Shown here in pieces: positions 38,949 through 49,388 of a stretch of 64,000 nucleotides of DNA (the first letter of the stretch is position 1; each line of letters starts with the position of its first letter). The DNA comes from an uncultured virus (IMG/VR IMGVR_UViG_3300046008_001858). Lineage: Duplodnaviria > Heunggongvirae > Uroviricota > Caudoviricetes. A program made the position numbers and the translations under genes. Under the pieces are notes generated by a model. That model searched no databases, was not told the origin of the DNA, and worked only from the letters and a program-made list of their open reading frames with translations. Location: the IMG/VR virus record IMGVR_UViG_3300046008_001858, one strand, 5' to 3'.

Positions 38949-40217
38949 ATGGGAATTCAAAAAGAAGATATGTTGATTTTTGTTGATAGTCAAAACAATA
39001 ATAATAAATTTTATCATATGAAGTTAAATGACGATGGTTCAATTGATATCGAATATGGTAGAGTAGGAAATGGTGGACAAAAAACACGTAAAACTGGTGG
39101 AGAAAGAGAATATCAAAAAGTTATGAGAGAAAAAACTAACAAAGGTTATGAAATCTCAAATATCTCACTAGAAAATTCAAAAACAACAAAAAATCTTGAT
39201 TTACTAGATTTGGCAATGTCTCAAATTGAACACTCAGATCAAAAAGTAAAAGATTTAATTAATCGTCTTGTGACAAAAAATATTCACAATATTACAACCT
39301 CAACTAAAATTTCTTTTAATAAAGATAGTAATTTATTTATGACACCTTTGGGCCCAGTAACTAATGAAGGGATTACAAAAGCAAAAGATATTTTAGGGAG
39401 TATTTCTGTAATTCTTCCAAAATTAAAAGAACCAACAGATGATAAACAATTTGTAAAATTAAATGAAGATTTCTTTAAAATTATTCCAACTAAAATTAGT
39501 AATTTGCGTGTAAAATCTGCATACATGTTGATTACACAAGAAAAAATTGACGAGCAATTTAATATTTGTGATACATTAGAACAAACATTACAATTAATGG
39601 TAACTCAAAAGGATCTATCTAAAGATAAACCTGAAGTAAAACGTGAAGAAGTATTTAAGGTTAAGATTAATTTAGTAGAAGATAAAAAGATTATTAAAAA
39701 AATTACAGAAAAATTTAATGGTTCAAAAAATAGCGCACATGGTGGTTCAGTAAATAATTTAACAATTGAAAATATTTATGAAGTTTCTTTAGGAAAAGAA
39801 GAAGAAAATTTCAGAAAAGATTTATCAAATGTTATGGAACTATGGCATGGAACAAAAGTTGTTAACTTATTGTCAATTTTAAAATCAGGATTATTAATGC
39901 CAAAAGAAACTCCAGGGAAAACAACTGGAGCAATGTTTTCAACAGGATTGTATTTTAGTGATCAATCAACTAAATCTTTAAATTATTGTGACGGAATGCT
40001 TTGGAACAATAGTTCTAAACAAGATAAGGTTTATATGTTTTTAGCTGAAGTCGCAATGGGTAATTATCAGGTCCCTAGAGGGCCTACAAGCAAAAAACCT
40101 GATAAAGGCTATGATAGTTATTATGCAAAGGCGGGAACGTCAGGAGTCCGTAATAATGAAATGATTGTTTTTGATACAAATCAAATTAAATTAAAATATA
40201 TTTTGGAGATTAAATAA
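38949..40217 (+). CDS. WGR-domain poly(ADP-ribose) polymerase-like ADP-ribosyltransferase
   Basis: WGR domain (NNNKFY, YGRVG, EKTNKGY), helical region, catalytic H-Y-E triad LWHGT / GLYFSD / NNEMIV. Confidence 0.92.
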   Translation: MGIQKEDMLIFVDSQNNNNKFYHMKLNDDGSIDIEYGRVGNGGQKTRKTGGEREYQKVMREKTNKGYEISNISLENSKTTKNLDLLDLAMSQIEHSDQKVKDLINRLVTKNIHNITTSTKISFNKDSNLFMTPLGPVTNEGITKAKDILGSISVILPKLKEPTDDKQFVKLNEDFFKIIPTKISNLRVKSAYMLITQEKIDEQFNICDTLEQTLQLMVTQKDLSKDKPEVKREEVFKVKINLVEDKKIIKKITEKFNGSKNSAHGGSVNNLTIENIYEVSLGKEEENFRKDLSNVMELWHGTKVVNLLSILKSGLLMPKETPGKTTGAMFSTGLYFSDQSTKSLNYCDGMLWNNSSKQDKVYMFLAEVAMGNYQVPRGPTSKKPDKGYDSYYAKAGTSGVRNNEMIVFDTNQIKLKYILEIK

Positions 40218-40498
40218 TGTTTTATTTAAAATTATTCTCATTTTTTCATGAAAAAGATATTGACGAAGATTATATTAAAAAAAATAAAATTTTAAAATAT
40301 TTTTCTAAACCAAAATTAAAAAAATATATTGCAGAAGATACAGTTGAGACTCTTTTAAATCATTTCCTAAAAGAAGGGCAAATTTTAAATGAAAATGATA
40401 TAGTCAGCATTAATTATGCTGTAAATTATGATAAAAAAATGAAACGTCTAGTTCTTGAAGGAAGTGTATTTATTCGAGGAACATTTAGAGGAAGATAG
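40217..40498 (+). CDS. Hypothetical protein coupled to PARP gene
   Basis: TAATG overlap, GGAG RBS. Confidence 0.65.
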   Translation: MFYLKLFSFFHEKDIDEDYIKKNKILKYFSKPKLKKYIAEDTVETLLNHFLKEGQILNENDIVSINYAVNYDKKMKRLVLEGSVFIRGTFRGR

Positions 40499-40574
40499 AA
40501 ATAATTAAAGCTATATTTAATGTTTAAAATAGTATAATTATATATATAAAAATAATACAAAACAGGAGAAAGAC

Positions 40575-40922
40575 ATGGAAAAGATTGCAGTAGTAACAGT
40601 AGGTGATTTAGCTCGAACAATGGAACAAAATATTGGTTCTTTTATTGTACGAACTATCGATAAATCTCATTTTGGATTTGACGAATGTGAAGATGAAGGA
40701 TTTAATGATTGTGAAGATTTTGTTTTTGATTTTGACCTTTATGATCGAGATCAAATTAATGCTAAATTGCGAGGTAAAAATAAGAAAAAACTTGCAAAAA
40801 TTACATTTGCAGGAGCAGAATTGTATAAAGTTGTAATGTCATTTGATATTAAAATCAATCGAAATGCATTTACTTGTTTAGCTTTCTTGAAAGATCTTAA
40901 TGAAGGACACAAAAGCCTTTAA
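40575..40922 (+). CDS. Hypothetical protein
   Basis: AGGAG RBS, TATAAT upstream. Confidence 0.75.
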   Translation: MEKIAVVTVGDLARTMEQNIGSFIVRTIDKSHFGFDECEDEGFNDCEDFVFDFDLYDRDQINAKLRGKNKKKLAKITFAGAELYKVVMSFDIKINRNAFTCLAFLKDLNEGHKSL

Positions 40923-41078
40923 TGGCTTTTAAATAGCAGTTATAGCTATTAAAAAAAATAACTCTCCCTTAAGAATATTTAATTGTATAATAGCGATTTG
41001 TTATCTAATAGGGCTGCAGAGCAGGGTGCCGTGCGCAAATACGATAATTTTGTAATTTTAAATTACGAAGGATTCAAA

Positions 41079-41486
41079 ATGAAAAACGGTTTATTAAAAA
41101 AAGGTTCTTTTATAAAATGTGGAAATTCTGTTTATATGATAGCAGGAATTTTAGATAGTGACTATAGAAATGCAGAGGCTTTTCTTGGAATTCAAGTTAA
41201 AACAAAAAATGGAAGATTTATTTTTAACTCAAAAAGAGTTAAATCTATTTCTCAATTAAAAGAGCAAAAAGGTTATAGTTATGAAATTTTAAATGAAGTT
41301 ATTATCGATAAAAGAGATCAAGTTATTTTTAACGAATTTATTGATTATGTTAATAATTTTGAATTTAAATTTGAAAGTAAATGTCAAGAATATAATTATA
41401 AAAAAGAAACATATTATGTTCATTGGGCATTAAGAATAGTCAATGGAAATTTGAAAAAATTTAAAGATTATTCGAAAAATATATAA
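41079..41486 (+). CDS. Hypothetical protein
   Basis: AAGGA RBS before MKNGLL. Confidence 0.7.
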   Translation: MKNGLLKKGSFIKCGNSVYMIAGILDSDYRNAEAFLGIQVKTKNGRFIFNSKRVKSISQLKEQKGYSYEILNEVIIDKRDQVIFNEFIDYVNNFEFKFESKCQEYNYKKETYYVHWALRIVNGNLKKFKDYSKNI

Positions 41487-41592
41487 TCCCTATATTATTG
41501 GGATTATTTATCTACATTATATATCTATTTTAGATATTATCTGCTTATAACAAACTCATAGCAATCGCTAAATAAAACTCAAGGTGTTCAAA

Positions 41593-41949
41593 ATGTCAAA
41601 TGTTACTACAACTGGTTTAACCAAGGCTCAAGTATTAGCTGCACTTTACAATAACAGTAAAGTTCAAGGTTTAGGAGTTCTTCACGCTACAGGCGTTGAA
41701 ATGAGCATTGAAGAAGCAGATGAATTGTTAAAAGATAGTTATCGTTTTGATTATCTTCACGGAAAGGTAATGAAAATTTCATTAGAAGCACAAGGAGAAT
41801 TTAATCCTTCTCTTTATGATCGTGATAACGGACAAGGTGCTGCGCAACGTGTAATTAATAACTTGTATGCTACTGGATCAGTTTCTTCAATGAAACCTGA
41901 AGGTTCTGATATAGCTGAGATATTACAAGCTCTTGCAATGTTTCACTAA
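41593..41949 (+). CDS. Hypothetical protein
   Basis: AAGGTG RBS; VLAALYN, FDYLHGKVMK, LYDRDNG motifs. Confidence 0.8.
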   Translation: MSNVTTTGLTKAQVLAALYNNSKVQGLGVLHATGVEMSIEEADELLKDSYRFDYLHGKVMKISLEAQGEFNPSLYDRDNGQGAAQRVINNLYATGSVSSMKPEGSDIAEILQALAMFH

Positions 41950-42072
41950 TAAAAAATAAATGCTTTAAAAAGCATTTATTAAGCTTTTAGCTTGTATAAT
42001 TTTTTAATAAAAATGTAAAGCATTAAAATATACCATGAAGGTTTATTGTTTACGAATGAAAAGGAATTTATT

Positions 42073-42765
42073 ATGAAAATTTTATCAAAATTTACAGATT
42101 ATTATGATTATTCTTGTGGATATAATTCATTTGAAACAACATATGATAGAAAATTAATTAATGAAGAAAATGTTGATTTTTTAAATAAAACTTTAAGGGT
42201 TTTTAATAAAAGTCTTCCAAATTCAAATTATAGAAATAGAGGAGATAATGAAGAATATTTTTATACTTATGGATATATTGTTGTTGCAAATGTAGCATAT
42301 CCTTTTATTAAAATAATAAAAAATGAATATACCAGAATGGCTGAACGTAGTGAAGGGATCAATTATTCATGGAAAAAAATAGTTGATAAATATTTTTATG
42401 AATTTAATGAAGAGTTAAAAACATTTTTCGATCAATATACACATAAATATATCGAAGATTTTTTTAAAAATATTCCATTATTTAATTTTAAATATCCAAT
42501 TGCATTAATTCAAACAAAATCTATTGATATCGATAACTCATTAGCTGATAATTCAGATTATAAATTTAGTAATAAAAAATTAATTTATAACATAAGATTG
42601 AAAGATTATAAATTTCCAATAGACGGAAAATTTGTTCTTCAAGAAATTGAAGTTTTCTTAAATAAAGAAAAAGATGAATTGAAAGATATTATTAAAGATG
42701 ATAAAATATTACTTCATGCAAAAGGATTTGATTCAAATTCTTTCAAACATATGAAGAACACTTAA
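42073..42765 (+). CDS. Hypothetical protein
   Basis: AAGGA RBS before MKILSKFTDYYDY. Confidence 0.8.
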   Translation: MKILSKFTDYYDYSCGYNSFETTYDRKLINEENVDFLNKTLRVFNKSLPNSNYRNRGDNEEYFYTYGYIVVANVAYPFIKIIKNEYTRMAERSEGINYSWKKIVDKYFYEFNEELKTFFDQYTHKYIEDFFKNIPLFNFKYPIALIQTKSIDIDNSLADNSDYKFSNKKLIYNIRLKDYKFPIDGKFVLQEIEVFLNKEKDELKDIIKDDKILLHAKGFDSNSFKHMKNT

Positions 42766-42956
42766 AAATAAAGGATGTAAATAAGATGAATGATTATCAA
42801 AATGCGTTAAATATAATTGAATTATTAAAAAATTTAGGTGATTTTAATTTTTACTTAGATGAGGTCATGGAATTATCTACTGAAGAAGTAGATGGGGCAA
42901 TCAAGTTATTAGAAGAATCTTTAATTAAAAATAGTAATCAATCTTAAAAAGATTGA

Positions 42957-44018
42957 TTAATAGTTTGTAACATTTCCATTAGAAGATGCCAAATTAACAT
43001 TAGTTATTGGAAATAAACGGTTTGGTCCAAAAATTATACGAACAGCACCAATTCCACCGCCGCCACCGCCAAATTTAGATCCAACGCCACCAGAACCTGG
43101 TGCTCCAGCTGTTGCTCCAGTCACTCCTTGGCCATATATTCCAACACCACCACCGCCTGCTCCTGAGTTGCTCATCCCAGCTCCACTACCACCAGTTCCA
43201 GCTATTATTGTTGCATTATCAGTACCATTTCCACCATTTCCAGAATATCCTCCTGCACCGCCAGAACCAGCTGCATGACCATTTCCATAAGATCCTGATC
43301 CACTACCACCAAAACCTCCTCCATCGCCAATAAATGTTCCACCTGTTGAAGTTCCAGTTACAACTCCACAACCAGCTGCACCTCCTTTTCCAGCAACAAC
43401 TGTTAATCCTGAAAAATAAGAATTTCCACCAGTATTTCCGCATCCAGCAACTCCACAGGTAGCATCTACAATACTGTTTCCAACAACGATTGGTATTATT
43501 TGTCCTGGATTTACAGCTATATTATTTTTCCACCCAAGACCGCCGCCACCGCCACCGCAGTTATTTCCATTTGAACGACTTCCACCACCACCGACGGCAA
43601 CAACTGAAACATTATAAACACCTGCTGGAACAGTCCAATTATAAGAACCTACTTTAGAATACAATACTTCACCAACTGTTGATATTAGTCCACTATTAGT
43701 ATTATTCAAAATACTATTAGCCAACTGAACATCTAATGAAGGTGCAGAGGTTGTTGCTAAAACTTGATCAACAATATTATTGTTATTAGCTTTCGCTACT
43801 TCTCCATACTTTATAGTTAATATATTCATAGCTGAATTATCTGTAGCCACACCTGGCTTATCAATTAATTCAGCTCCAATACCATCTTTATATGCATCGA
43901 TTGCCTGCTTTGTACCTCCATTATCAATTGCTTTAACAGAACTTGGTAATGGATTTGTAAATGTATCAGCAAATGATATTGCTGAAATTAAACTTAATAC
44001 TAATATTGAATATTTCAC
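42957..44018 (-). CDS. Secreted protein: constant N-domain plus glycine-rich domain
   Basis: Signal peptide; NPL..IDNGG..AIDAYKDGIGA domain; WTVPAGVYNVSVVAVGGGG Gly-rich tail-fibre-type domain. Confidence 0.85.
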   Translation of the reverse strand: MKYSILVLSLISAISFADTFTNPLPSSVKAIDNGGTKQAIDAYKDGIGAELIDKPGVATDNSAMNILTIKYGEVAKANNNNIVDQVLATTSAPSLDVQLANSILNNTNSGLISTVGEVLYSKVGSYNWTVPAGVYNVSVVAVGGGGSRSNGNNCGGGGGGLGWKNNIAVNPGQIIPIVVGNSIVDATCGVAGCGNTGGNSYFSGLTVVAGKGGAAGCGVVTGTSTGGTFIGDGGGFGGSGSGSYGNGHAAGSGGAGGYSGNGGNGTDNATIIAGTGGSGAGMSNSGAGGGGVGIYGQGVTGATAGAPGSGGVGSKFGGGGGGIGAVRIIFGPNRLFPITNVNLASSNGNVTNY

Positions 44019-44055
44019 TTTATTTTCCTCATTGTTATTTTATATAATTGATCGT

Positions 44056-44496
44056 TCAAAATGAAAGATCAAATATTTGCTTTGGTGTTTCTTTACAAGA
44101 TGATATATCTGTTTGTTTTAAACATTCCGCTGAATATGGAAATTGCTGATAAGAAAGTAATGTAGCTTTTTCTTCTTCTGTTTGATATCTATATTTTCCT
44201 TTTTCAACGGCTTTACTCATATTTAAAAGAAGACTATGTATTTGTTTTTTTGATTCCTCAAGCTTTTCTTCTGAAATAGAAAATTCATTTTTCATCGTTA
44301 TTGCTAAACATGGAAATATTGTAACAAAAGCCATTTCTGTTTGTTCATCTTTATTTGTCCACATTATACCTGAATCAGACATTAATTTAACTGTACAAGT
44401 AAATATTTCTGCTCTTTGTATGTTAGTAATCTCTTCTCTTGCAAATAAAGATGAAGCTGAAAATAATAACAAAAAGATATTTTTTTTATAATTCAT
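44056..44496 (-). CDS. Secreted hypothetical protein
   Basis: Signal peptide ending SLFA. Confidence 0.75.
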   Translation of the reverse strand: MNYKKNIFLLLFSASSLFAREEITNIQRAEIFTCTVKLMSDSGIMWTNKDEQTEMAFVTIFPCLAITMKNEFSISEEKLEESKKQIHSLLLNMSKAVEKGKYRYQTEEEKATLLSYQQFPYSAECLKQTDISSCKETPKQIFDLSF

Positions 44497-44664
44497 TTAA
44501 TAAACCTCACGAAATTAATTTTTGATTATAACATAGATAATGATAAATCTTATTTGATTTAATATATAAAATTAAAAAATATGATATTATTTTAATAATA
44601 AAAAATAACAGCTTTTAAATTATTATTTAAAATATATATATGAATTAAGTATAAGGGTGATAAA

Positions 44665-46611
44665 ATGTTGAAATCATTAAATGAATTTTTAGAAATTGGT
44701 GTATTAGAAACTGATTCAGATGACGAAAAACTTGCAAAAAAAATGGTAACATTTTTACCAATAGGTATTGGTGTATTAGCCGTTTTTTGGAGTTCAATAT
44801 ATTTCTATTTAGGTCATTATCTATCAGCATTAATTCCTTTTATATACGCAGTCATATCAATGATTAGTGTATGGAGAATATCTATTACTAAAAGATTAGA
44901 AACTATTCAACTAACACAATTGACATTGGTATTAATATTACCATTTGTATTAATGTGGACGCTTGGAGGCTATGAAGCAGGAAGTTTTGTTTTAATTTGG
45001 GCTTTCTTTGCACCAGTAGCTGCATTATCACTCGGAAAAGAAAGGAGTATTTATTGGTTTTTTGCTTTTTTAATCTTAACTTTAATTTCGGCAGTAATAG
45101 ACAATCATTTAAAAGAAACTGTTGAGAGAATCCCGTCAATATGGATCCATTCATTCTTTTTATTAAATACTTTCTGTGGGTTTACAGGGATTTATTTAAT
45201 GTTAAAATATTATGTAAAAAGTAGAAATGAAAGTACACAAAAAATATTAGAAAGAGAACATAAATTACTTTTAGAAAAAAGTGAAGAACTACAAATCTCA
45301 GTTGAAAGAGATCATTTAACAGGATTATATAATAGATTATCATTATTAGAACGTATAAATAATATTTTATCTGAAGATAAAAATAAAAAATTTGCACTTG
45401 GATTTATTGATTTGGATAAATTTAAACAAATAAATGATACTTTGGGCCATAATATCGGTGACGATGTATTAATTCATGTCGCTGAAACATTATCTAAATC
45501 CGTAAGAGAAAATGATATTGTTTGCAGGTTGGGTGGAGATGAGTTTGTAATATTATTTGAAGATATTCAAAACTCAGAAGCATTATTTATAATTGTTCAA
45601 AGAATTGTCGAATCATTAAGACACTTAATTAATTTTGGTGGAATGGATCTACAAATATCATGCAGCTTAGGAGTTTCAATATATCCAGATGATCTAACAG
45701 AAGAAGAAAAACTATTAGATCCCAAATTAATAGCTAATTTAATTCTTAGAAATGCAGATACTGCAATGTATAAAGTAAAAGAAATTGGAAGAGATGATTT
45801 TATGTTTTATCATGAAGATATGTATAATGAAAAAATGGATGAAATCTTAATGGAAAATGATTTAAGAACTGCATTAAAAAACGATGAATTTGAAGTTTAT
45901 TATCAACCACAAATAAATATTTTAAATAATTCAATAATAGGAATGGAAGCATTAGTTAGATGGAATCATCCAGAAAAAGGTATTGTATCTCCTATTGATT
46001 TTATTCCTATTGCTGAAAAGAATGGGTTAATTGTTAGTATAGATAGAAGTGTAATGAAAAAATCAATGAAAAATATAACTATGTGGAATGAAATGCAATT
46101 ATCACCAGGTATAGTTTCACTAAATTTATCAGCTAGACAATTAGAACAAGATGATTTTATTGTTTTTGTACAAGATATTTTAAAAGAAACTGGATGTAGA
46201 GCTGAATGGATTGAATTAGAAGTTACAGAAAGTCATATTATGAAAGATCCTGAAAAAGCAGTGACAGTTTTAAAAGAATTAGGTTTATTAGGGATAAAAA
46301 TATCTATTGACGATTTTGGAGTCGGTTATTCATCTTTAACATATTTAAAAAGATTACCTATAGATAAATCATTTGTAGATGGATTACCAAATGATAAAGG
46401 AGATGTAACTATTGTTAAGGCCATAATCGGTATGGCAAAAGGGTTGGGATTAGGAATTATTGCTGAGGGTGTAGAAAATGAAGAGCAAAGTAAATTTTTA
46501 TCTTCTATAGGTTGTAATTTAATGCAAGGTTATTTATGTTCAAAACCTTTAAATTCTACTGATTTTGAAGAATTTCTAAAACACGGATGTCAATATAAAA
46601 ATAAAAGTTAA
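44665..46611 (+). CDS. Membrane GGDEF-EAL protein
   Basis: N-terminal TM helices, RLGGDEF, EALVRW, DDFGVGYSS, AEGVE. Confidence 0.93.
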   Translation: MLKSLNEFLEIGVLETDSDDEKLAKKMVTFLPIGIGVLAVFWSSIYFYLGHYLSALIPFIYAVISMISVWRISITKRLETIQLTQLTLVLILPFVLMWTLGGYEAGSFVLIWAFFAPVAALSLGKERSIYWFFAFLILTLISAVIDNHLKETVERIPSIWIHSFFLLNTFCGFTGIYLMLKYYVKSRNESTQKILEREHKLLLEKSEELQISVERDHLTGLYNRLSLLERINNILSEDKNKKFALGFIDLDKFKQINDTLGHNIGDDVLIHVAETLSKSVRENDIVCRLGGDEFVILFEDIQNSEALFIIVQRIVESLRHLINFGGMDLQISCSLGVSIYPDDLTEEEKLLDPKLIANLILRNADTAMYKVKEIGRDDFMFYHEDMYNEKMDEILMENDLRTALKNDEFEVYYQPQINILNNSIIGMEALVRWNHPEKGIVSPIDFIPIAEKNGLIVSIDRSVMKKSMKNITMWNEMQLSPGIVSLNLSARQLEQDDFIVFVQDILKETGCRAEWIELEVTESHIMKDPEKAVTVLKELGLLGIKISIDDFGVGYSSLTYLKRLPIDKSFVDGLPNDKGDVTIVKAIIGMAKGLGLGIIAEGVENEEQSKFLSSIGCNLMQGYLCSKPLNSTDFEEFLKHGCQYKNKS

Positions 46612-46859
46612 TTTATTCACATTTTAAGTAATATAACAAATAAGTTCTTCAACTGAAGACAAATTTAAGGAAAGGTTGAAATATGAGTATTTTTCAAGCT
46701 TCACGGAATAATCAAATTACAGCAGAATACTATTTCTGTTTGGTAGGACAAATCAATCGAGGAACGTGCTCTAAAAAAGTACAAAAAATAACTAGACGCA
46801 ATGGCAGTCATAATTATGAGACTTATCATTTGATAAGTGAAAGATGAGAAAGGTTAAAA

Positions 46860-47216
46860 ATGTTTGAAATTAAACTTCTTGAAGATGAACGAGGACGGTT
46901 TTTTGTAATCTCGTATAGTTCTGAACTTCTTGGTACCGCAATAAAAGTAGGTTTAGATGACTTTATCGAACAACTTAAAAGTTTGAATAAAAATGTATCC
47001 TTAGAAATAATAAATCTGGATAAAAATGTCTCTATTCACTTAATGGATAAAGACGGAATTCTATCAATTTTTGAATTTGACTCTTTTTCGATTGAGACAA
47101 GTGATCCAATAGATAAAATTAATAATTGGTTTTATCAACTGAAAGCAATTCGAGAAAAAATTCTATACAATAGAGATTTTTCTAAAAAACAACTTTTAAA
47201 TGTATATTCATTTTAA
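46860..47216 (+). CDS. Hypothetical protein
   Basis: AAGG RBS. Confidence 0.7.
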   Translation: MFEIKLLEDERGRFFVISYSSELLGTAIKVGLDDFIEQLKSLNKNVSLEIINLDKNVSIHLMDKDGILSIFEFDSFSIETSDPIDKINNWFYQLKAIREKILYNRDFSKKQLLNVYSF

Positions 47217-47336
47217 AGTTCAACCACTTTTAGTGGTTGTTATAGAAATACCTAAATTAAGTACTTTATAAGCCGAGTTAGTATATAATATCAAAAAAAT
47301 TTTTGATAAATTTGCTAAATAGGAGTTAAAATATTA

Positions 47337-47756
47337 ATGGATGAGTTAAATTTTTTATATAGAAAAGCTGAAGAACCGTCAAAAGACATGTCTGAATATT
47401 GGAAATATACTATTTCTAAAAATGAATATCCAAAACATACAGAATATGGTGGAAAATGGCTAATTTTTTGTGATAAAAAAACAGTTGACAATACTTGGAT
47501 ACGATTGCAGGATATTCAACAAAAAGGTATGCTTGGAAATGTAATGAAAGTAGCAACAGCACTATCAGCAATGCGCTTTAATGGACAACATGTAATTTGT
47601 ATATATACTTATGACTCTCGAGATAATAATGACGTAATACGTGTCAGAGATAGTTTAAAATCGATTGGATTTAAGGACCCATTAAACTATAAAAGAGATA
47701 TCGAGACAAAGAATGGAGTTTATGGAAATGAAAATGAATTTTTCTTAACAATTTAA
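47337..47756 (+). CDS. DUF1917-like (Bles03/eIF4E-like fold) protein
   Basis: GKWLIF, KVAT, VICIYTYD, YKRD..T..GVY. Confidence 0.7.
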   Translation: MDELNFLYRKAEEPSKDMSEYWKYTISKNEYPKHTEYGGKWLIFCDKKTVDNTWIRLQDIQQKGMLGNVMKVATALSAMRFNGQHVICIYTYDSRDNNDVIRVRDSLKSIGFKDPLNYKRDIETKNGVYGNENEFFLTI

Positions 47757-47931
47757 ACAAAAAGATAAAGGTCTCTCATTTCCTTTTTAAATCTGTTCTA
47801 ATTATTAATTAGCGATACTGCCGAGAGGTTCACAGCGTTATTCTTTTTGTTAAAAGATATTATACATTAATATTCATATATTATCAGATATAATTATAAA
47901 AGTAATTATTAAATAAAACGGGGAAACAGTT

Positions 47932-49017
47932 ATGAAAAAAGTACTATTATTAAATTTAATTTCTATAAATTTAATTTTTGGATCTGATACATTTATTAAT
48001 CCATTACCTACTTCTGTTAAGTCTATAGATAATGGTGGAACTTTACAGGCTATAGATGCCTATAAAGATGGCATTGGAGCTGAATTAATGGATAAACCAG
48101 GTGTAGCTACAGATAATAGTGCATTTAACACTCTTTCTTTAAAATATGGTGAGGCAGCCAAGACAAATAATACAACAATAGTTGATCAAGTTATTAATGG
48201 AACTGGTTCAGCTGCAGATAAAATTATTGCTGGTAAATTAACATTAAATGGATCAGCATGTAATGACAGTAATGCTGCAACAACTGGTGAAACATGGTTA
48301 AATGGATCATGTCAAGGTGGAACAAATACAAATGGTAATCCTTGTAACGACGGAAATTCGCAAACTATTAATGATATTTACACCAATGGTATTTGTGCAG
48401 GAGCAATTCCATTATCATGTAATGAAATAAAAATCGCATTACCATCTTCAATTACAGGAAACTATACAATTGATCCAGATGGTTCAGGTGGTAATAGTCC
48501 ATTTGTAGCTTCTTGTGATATGACTACAAATGGCGGTGGATGGACTTTAGTTTTTTATTCAAATAGTGATAATGTTTCAAGAGCGACAATTTCTAGTGGA
48601 GATTGGAATAATGGGCCAGCAATTAATTTTTCTCGTTTATGGTCAATGAGAAATATAAAAAATAATGGGGTTTATGAATTTTATGTAAAAGATAGTTCTA
48701 TAATAGGAAGAGATATTTGGTTTACGCAAACCAATTCTTATATCTCTAATCCAATTGGAAATAATTTCTTACAATTGGGAGGAAATTTATATTATTCTAG
48801 TCAAACAGATGGAACAACATGGCAAGGACTATCAACTGGTAATTATGGAAATACAGCATTTCAAGCAAGTTGTACATTAGCTATGGCGTCAGAAGGTCAT
48901 TCTTGGACATATTGTTTACAAGATCAATTAACAGGTAGCTATAATACTGGACCTTGGTTTTATAATGGTGGATATGACGCAGGCTCACAACAATGGGTTC
49001 AAGTTTGGCAAAAATAG
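47932..49017 (+). CDS. Secreted protein: constant N-domain, Cys repeats, fibrinogen-like domain
   Basis: Shared N-domain; CND..T..W.NG.CQGG repeats; SCNEI..GNYTIDPDG..CDMTTNGGGWTLV. Confidence 0.87.
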   Translation: MKKVLLLNLISINLIFGSDTFINPLPTSVKSIDNGGTLQAIDAYKDGIGAELMDKPGVATDNSAFNTLSLKYGEAAKTNNTTIVDQVINGTGSAADKIIAGKLTLNGSACNDSNAATTGETWLNGSCQGGTNTNGNPCNDGNSQTINDIYTNGICAGAIPLSCNEIKIALPSSITGNYTIDPDGSGGNSPFVASCDMTTNGGGWTLVFYSNSDNVSRATISSGDWNNGPAINFSRLWSMRNIKNNGVYEFYVKDSSIIGRDIWFTQTNSYISNPIGNNFLQLGGNLYYSSQTDGTTWQGLSTGNYGNTAFQASCTLAMASEGHSWTYCLQDQLTGSYNTGPWFYNGGYDAGSQQWVQVWQK

Positions 49018-49096
49018 TATTTTTTTATTTAAAAATACTATAACAAAATAATACTTTTCATTTTATTGAATTGTAATTTTAACAAAAGGATTTATT

Positions 49097-49312
49097 ATGA
49101 GTGAATTAGACACTTTAAATAAAGAAGTCATGGAAAGAATTGAGTTACTAGCAGATTCTTATTGTTTATTACTTAAACAAAAACAAAAAGAAGAAGCAGT
49201 TAAAATGTCTGAAATTATTAAGTTTTTTTCAGATTTATATAAATGCGCAGATAAAAACAATAAAGAAGAATTGCAATCAATTTTAAATGAATTAATTGCA
49301 AATGAAAGCTAA
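49097..49312 (+). CDS. Hypothetical protein
   Basis: AAGGA RBS; followed by GTCAGACA/TGTCTGAC hairpin. Confidence 0.7.
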   Translation: MSELDTLNKEVMERIELLADSYCLLLKQKQKEEAVKMSEIIKFFSDLYKCADKNNKEELQSILNELIANES

Positions 49313-49388
49313 CGTCAGACATTTTTGTCTGACTAAAATTCTTATAGAATATAAACTTATTTTAAGAATAATTAAATATAATTCGATT

